This document shows, one piece after another, positions 61,181 through 64,000 of a stretch of DNA of 64,000 nucleotides. The stretch spans positions 162,502,001 to 162,566,000 of the forward strand of contig OZ024740.1 of the NCBI GenBank assembly GCA_964016885.1, written 5' to 3'. The notes under the pieces were generated by a model. The model was given only the letters and a program-made list of their open reading frames with translations, had not been told where the DNA came from and did no database searches. The stretch is from Eledone cirrhosa (taxonomy: Eukaryota). Within the stretch, counting starts at the first letter, position 1, and each line of letters opens with the position of its first letter. Made by a program: the position numbers and the translations under genes.

Positions 61181-63144
61181 AAGTGAGTCCTTCATCAGTG
61201 ACCCTCCAACCGTCCTGGGCATTTCATCGCTTTAAGGGCCATATGCCTCGGGTTGGTGCGAACAACGGCTAAAAAAAGTCGTTGGGACACGTAAATAAAG
61301 GGGGACGCCAGAGTAACAACAAAAAAGTTTTAGCAACGGAAAGTGAGTAGAAATAGACAAGTCCCAGATCTCTATGAATATAAACTCTGTGAAATCGTGA
61401 ACAAGAGACAAAAGACCATCAAACCTGGTTGAAATGTGAGCAAGGAAAGAATTTCGCCAAAGTTTGACGGGGGGGGGGAAAGAGAGAGAGAAAAGGGAGA
61501 GAAGAAGAAGAAGAAGAAGAAGAAGAAGAAGAAGAAGAAGAAGAAGAAGAAGAAGAAGAAGAAGAAGAAGAAGAAGAAGAAGAAGAAGAAGAAGAAGAAG
61601 AAGATAAAGGGGTCTGGTCTACGAATTCGGTAAACGCAAGTTTTGTGAAGTCGCAGACGAAAGAGAGAGAGAAAAAAATTCCATACCAGCTCGGTCAAGA
61701 CAGCGCGAGAAAAGAATTACACACAGGTCAAACTTGAAGGAGGAGGAGGAAAGAGGAGGAGGAGAGATAGTGACAGAGAATGAGTGAGTGAAAGTTGAGG
61801 AGGAGGCTAACAGAGAGAGAGAGACTGCTAGAAGGGGTAAAGATACAAACGAAACACGAAAGGCAGCATGGAAAAAATATATGTGTAAATATGATAATAA
61901 TGGAGCTGCGGCGTTGCAAATGGGATACATATGAAAAAGTGAGTCCTTCATCAGTGACCCTCCAACCGTCCTGGGCATTTCATCGCTTTAAGGGCCATAT
62001 GCCTCGGGTTGGTGCGAACAACGGCTAAAAAAAGTCGTTGGGACACGTAAATAAAGGGGGACGCCAGAGTAACAACAAAAAAGTTTTAGCAACGGAAAGT
62101 GAGTAGAAATAGACAAGTCCCAGATCTCTATGAATATAAACTCTGTGAAATCGTGAACAAGAGACAAAAGATCATCAAACCTGGTTGAAATGTGAGCAAG
62201 GAAAGAATTTCGCCAAAGTTTGACGGGGGGGAAAAGAGAGAGAGAAAGGGGAGAGAAGAAGAAGAAGAAGAAGAAGAAGAAGAAGAAGAAGAAGAAGAAG
62301 AAGAAGAAGAAGAAGAAGAAGAAGAAGAAGAAGAAGAAGATAAAGGGGTCTGGTCTACGAATTCGGTAAACGCAAGTTTTGTGAAGTCGCAGACGAAAGA
62401 GGGAGAGAAAAAAATTCCATACCAGCTCGGTCAAGACCGCGCGAGAAAAGAATTACACACAGGTCAAACTTGAAGGAGGAGGAGGAAAGAGGAGGAGGAG
62501 AGGTAGTGACAGAGAATGAGTGAGTGAAAGTTGAGGAGGAGGCTAACAGAGAGAGAGAGACTGCTAGAAGGGGTAAAGATACAAACGAAACACGAAAGGC
62601 AGCATGGAAAAAATATATGTGTAAATATGATAATAATGGAGCTGCGGCGTTGCAAATGGGATACATATGAAAAAGTGAGTCCTTCATCAGTGACCCTCCA
62701 ACCGTCCTGGCCATTTCATCGCTTTAAGGGCCATATGCCTCGGGTTGGTTCTTCTTCTTCTTCTTCTTCCTCTTCTCTCCCTTTTCTCTCTCTCTTTTTT
62801 CCCCCCCGTCAAACTTTGGCGAAATTCTTTCCTTGCTCACATTTCAACCAGGTTTGATGGTCTTTTGTCTCTTGTTCACGATTTCACAGAGTTTATATTC
62901 ATAGAGATCTGGGACTTGTCTATTTCTACTCACGTTCCGTTGCTAAAACTTTTTTGTTGTTACTCTGGCGTCCCCCTTTATTTACGTGTCCCAACGACTT
63001 TTTTTAGCCGTTGTTCGCACCAACCCGAGGCATATGGCCCTTAAAGCGATGAAATGCCCAGGACGGTTGGAGGGTCACTGATGAAGGACTCACTTTTTCA
63101 TATGTATCCCATTTACAACGCCGCAGCTCCATTATTATCATATT

Positions 63145-63148
<4 letters not shown>
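61173..63148. mobile_element. Tandem array of ~750-bp non-coding units with a terminal inverted copy, inside (TA)n
   Basis: Units start at 61173, 61929 and 62665 (periods 756 and 736, differing mainly in GAA tract length); third unit truncated at about 62748 and followed by an inverted copy 62749-63148. Confidence 0.92.
63020..63084 (+). ncRNA. Permuted hammerhead-like motif, family B (minus-strand copies at 61192-61256, 61948-62012, 62684-62748)
   Basis: CCAACC-CGA-GGCA-UA-UGGCCCU-UAAAGCGAU-GAAA-UGCC-CAGGAC-GGUUGG-AGGGUCA-CUGAUGA. Confidence 0.65.
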
Positions 63149-63199
<51 letters not shown>

Positions 63200-63212
63200 G
63201 TGTGGAAATAGG

Positions 63213-63293
63213 GCTGTCTGAAGATTCATTTCTTTCCATTGGAAATTCTCTGAATTTCCAATCTTTCGGAATGATGAAACCGTCGGTAACAGC
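63213..63293 (+). ncRNA. Hammerhead ribozyme, diverged homolog of 4583-4661
   Basis: GCUGU-CUGAAGA-UUCAUUUC...GGAAUGAU-GAAA-CCGUCGG-UA-ACAGC. Confidence 0.82.
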
Positions 63294-64000
63294 GTCTGAA
63301 CAGGTGATTATTTAATCATTTTTTAATTTATTTAGAGAATTGTTTAATAACCGCTTGCTTCGCTACTTTATATATATATATATATATATATATAAATGAA
63401 AATATAGAAATTATTGTGAGCAAGAAGCCAACAGTATTTCATAATATATATAAGTGACTATAACGTCAAAATGGAAAATAATTAACGTAAGATATGGGAA
63501 AATAATTCAAACTCAATTTTAAAAAAATCAAGACAAAGATTTTATCCACAGATTTTGTGAAATCCAGGGAAAAACCCATAGAGTCTTAACTCAGAATAAA
63601 ATAAAGCTTAAATACTCATACTTCAATTTGGAAAAACTACAAATGCTCTATATAGTCTTAAAAAGACTATTTCACGAAACTTTTCAGTGGGGATGGTCAC
63701 GGTTGGAATCGTTCATCAGTGGAGCTCAAACACGATAACCTAAAAAGCCACTGCCAAAATATGCCAAAAAGGGATTTTAAAAGCAGGCCAGTTCACCTCA
63801 TGCGGAATTATAAAAATAAAAACACATGGAGAGACATGGCTGGTGACGTCAGAATAAGACGAATGTCTATTTAAAAGAAACAGCCATCAAAAACATTCCG
63901 AAAAAACTTGTAAGGAGTTCAGCAAAATAGCAATATTATCGCGGTCTTCATTAAAAAAGAGACCGAGATTAGTCACAAATAATTTTAAGCACTCTAGGAA

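Noticed and set aside
61372-63044. Repeated ORFs of 100-150 aa in the tandem array
   Set aside because: Dominated by GAA/TTC tracts, frames differ between units, and there are no recognisable domains.
63036-63056. Pistol ribozyme resemblance (GCCCTTAAAGCG)
   Set aside because: No upstream P1 loop to form the pistol pseudoknot; the pairing partners instead fit hammerhead stems I and III.

Overview
AT-rich, microsatellite-saturated animal genomic DNA; the SINE families and (TA)n load resemble an octopus/cephalopod genome (inference). The only host coding sequence I can support is one minus-strand terminal exon of a DUR3-like SSS/SLC5 urea transporter (38371-39008). Everything else is repeat: an 83-bp satellite, many tRNA-derived SINEs, a frameshifted Tigger/pogo transposase, fossil CR1-like, R4/Dong-like and Hero-like non-LTR fragments, three Penelope-like element (PLE) remnants, and about a dozen fold-back elements sitting in (TA)n tracts. 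By eye I find about 17 hammerhead ribozyme (HHR) motifs of the PLE-associated type, including a compensatory U3-A8 core variant and forms with greatly extended stem II. The strongest novelty candidate is a strand-permuted, pseudoknot-like hammerhead (order: stem III'-UH, stem I', linker, GAAA-stem III, linker, stem I-CUGAUGA, essentially no stem II). It occurs with different but pairing-compatible stems in two otherwise dissimilar repeat families, one a retrozyme-like ~750-bp tandem array. The largest PLE also has a candidate U_UUU_UUA -1 frameshift site. All RNA structures were folded by hand and none is experimentally tested. Most ORFs in the supplied track are microsatellite artefacts.
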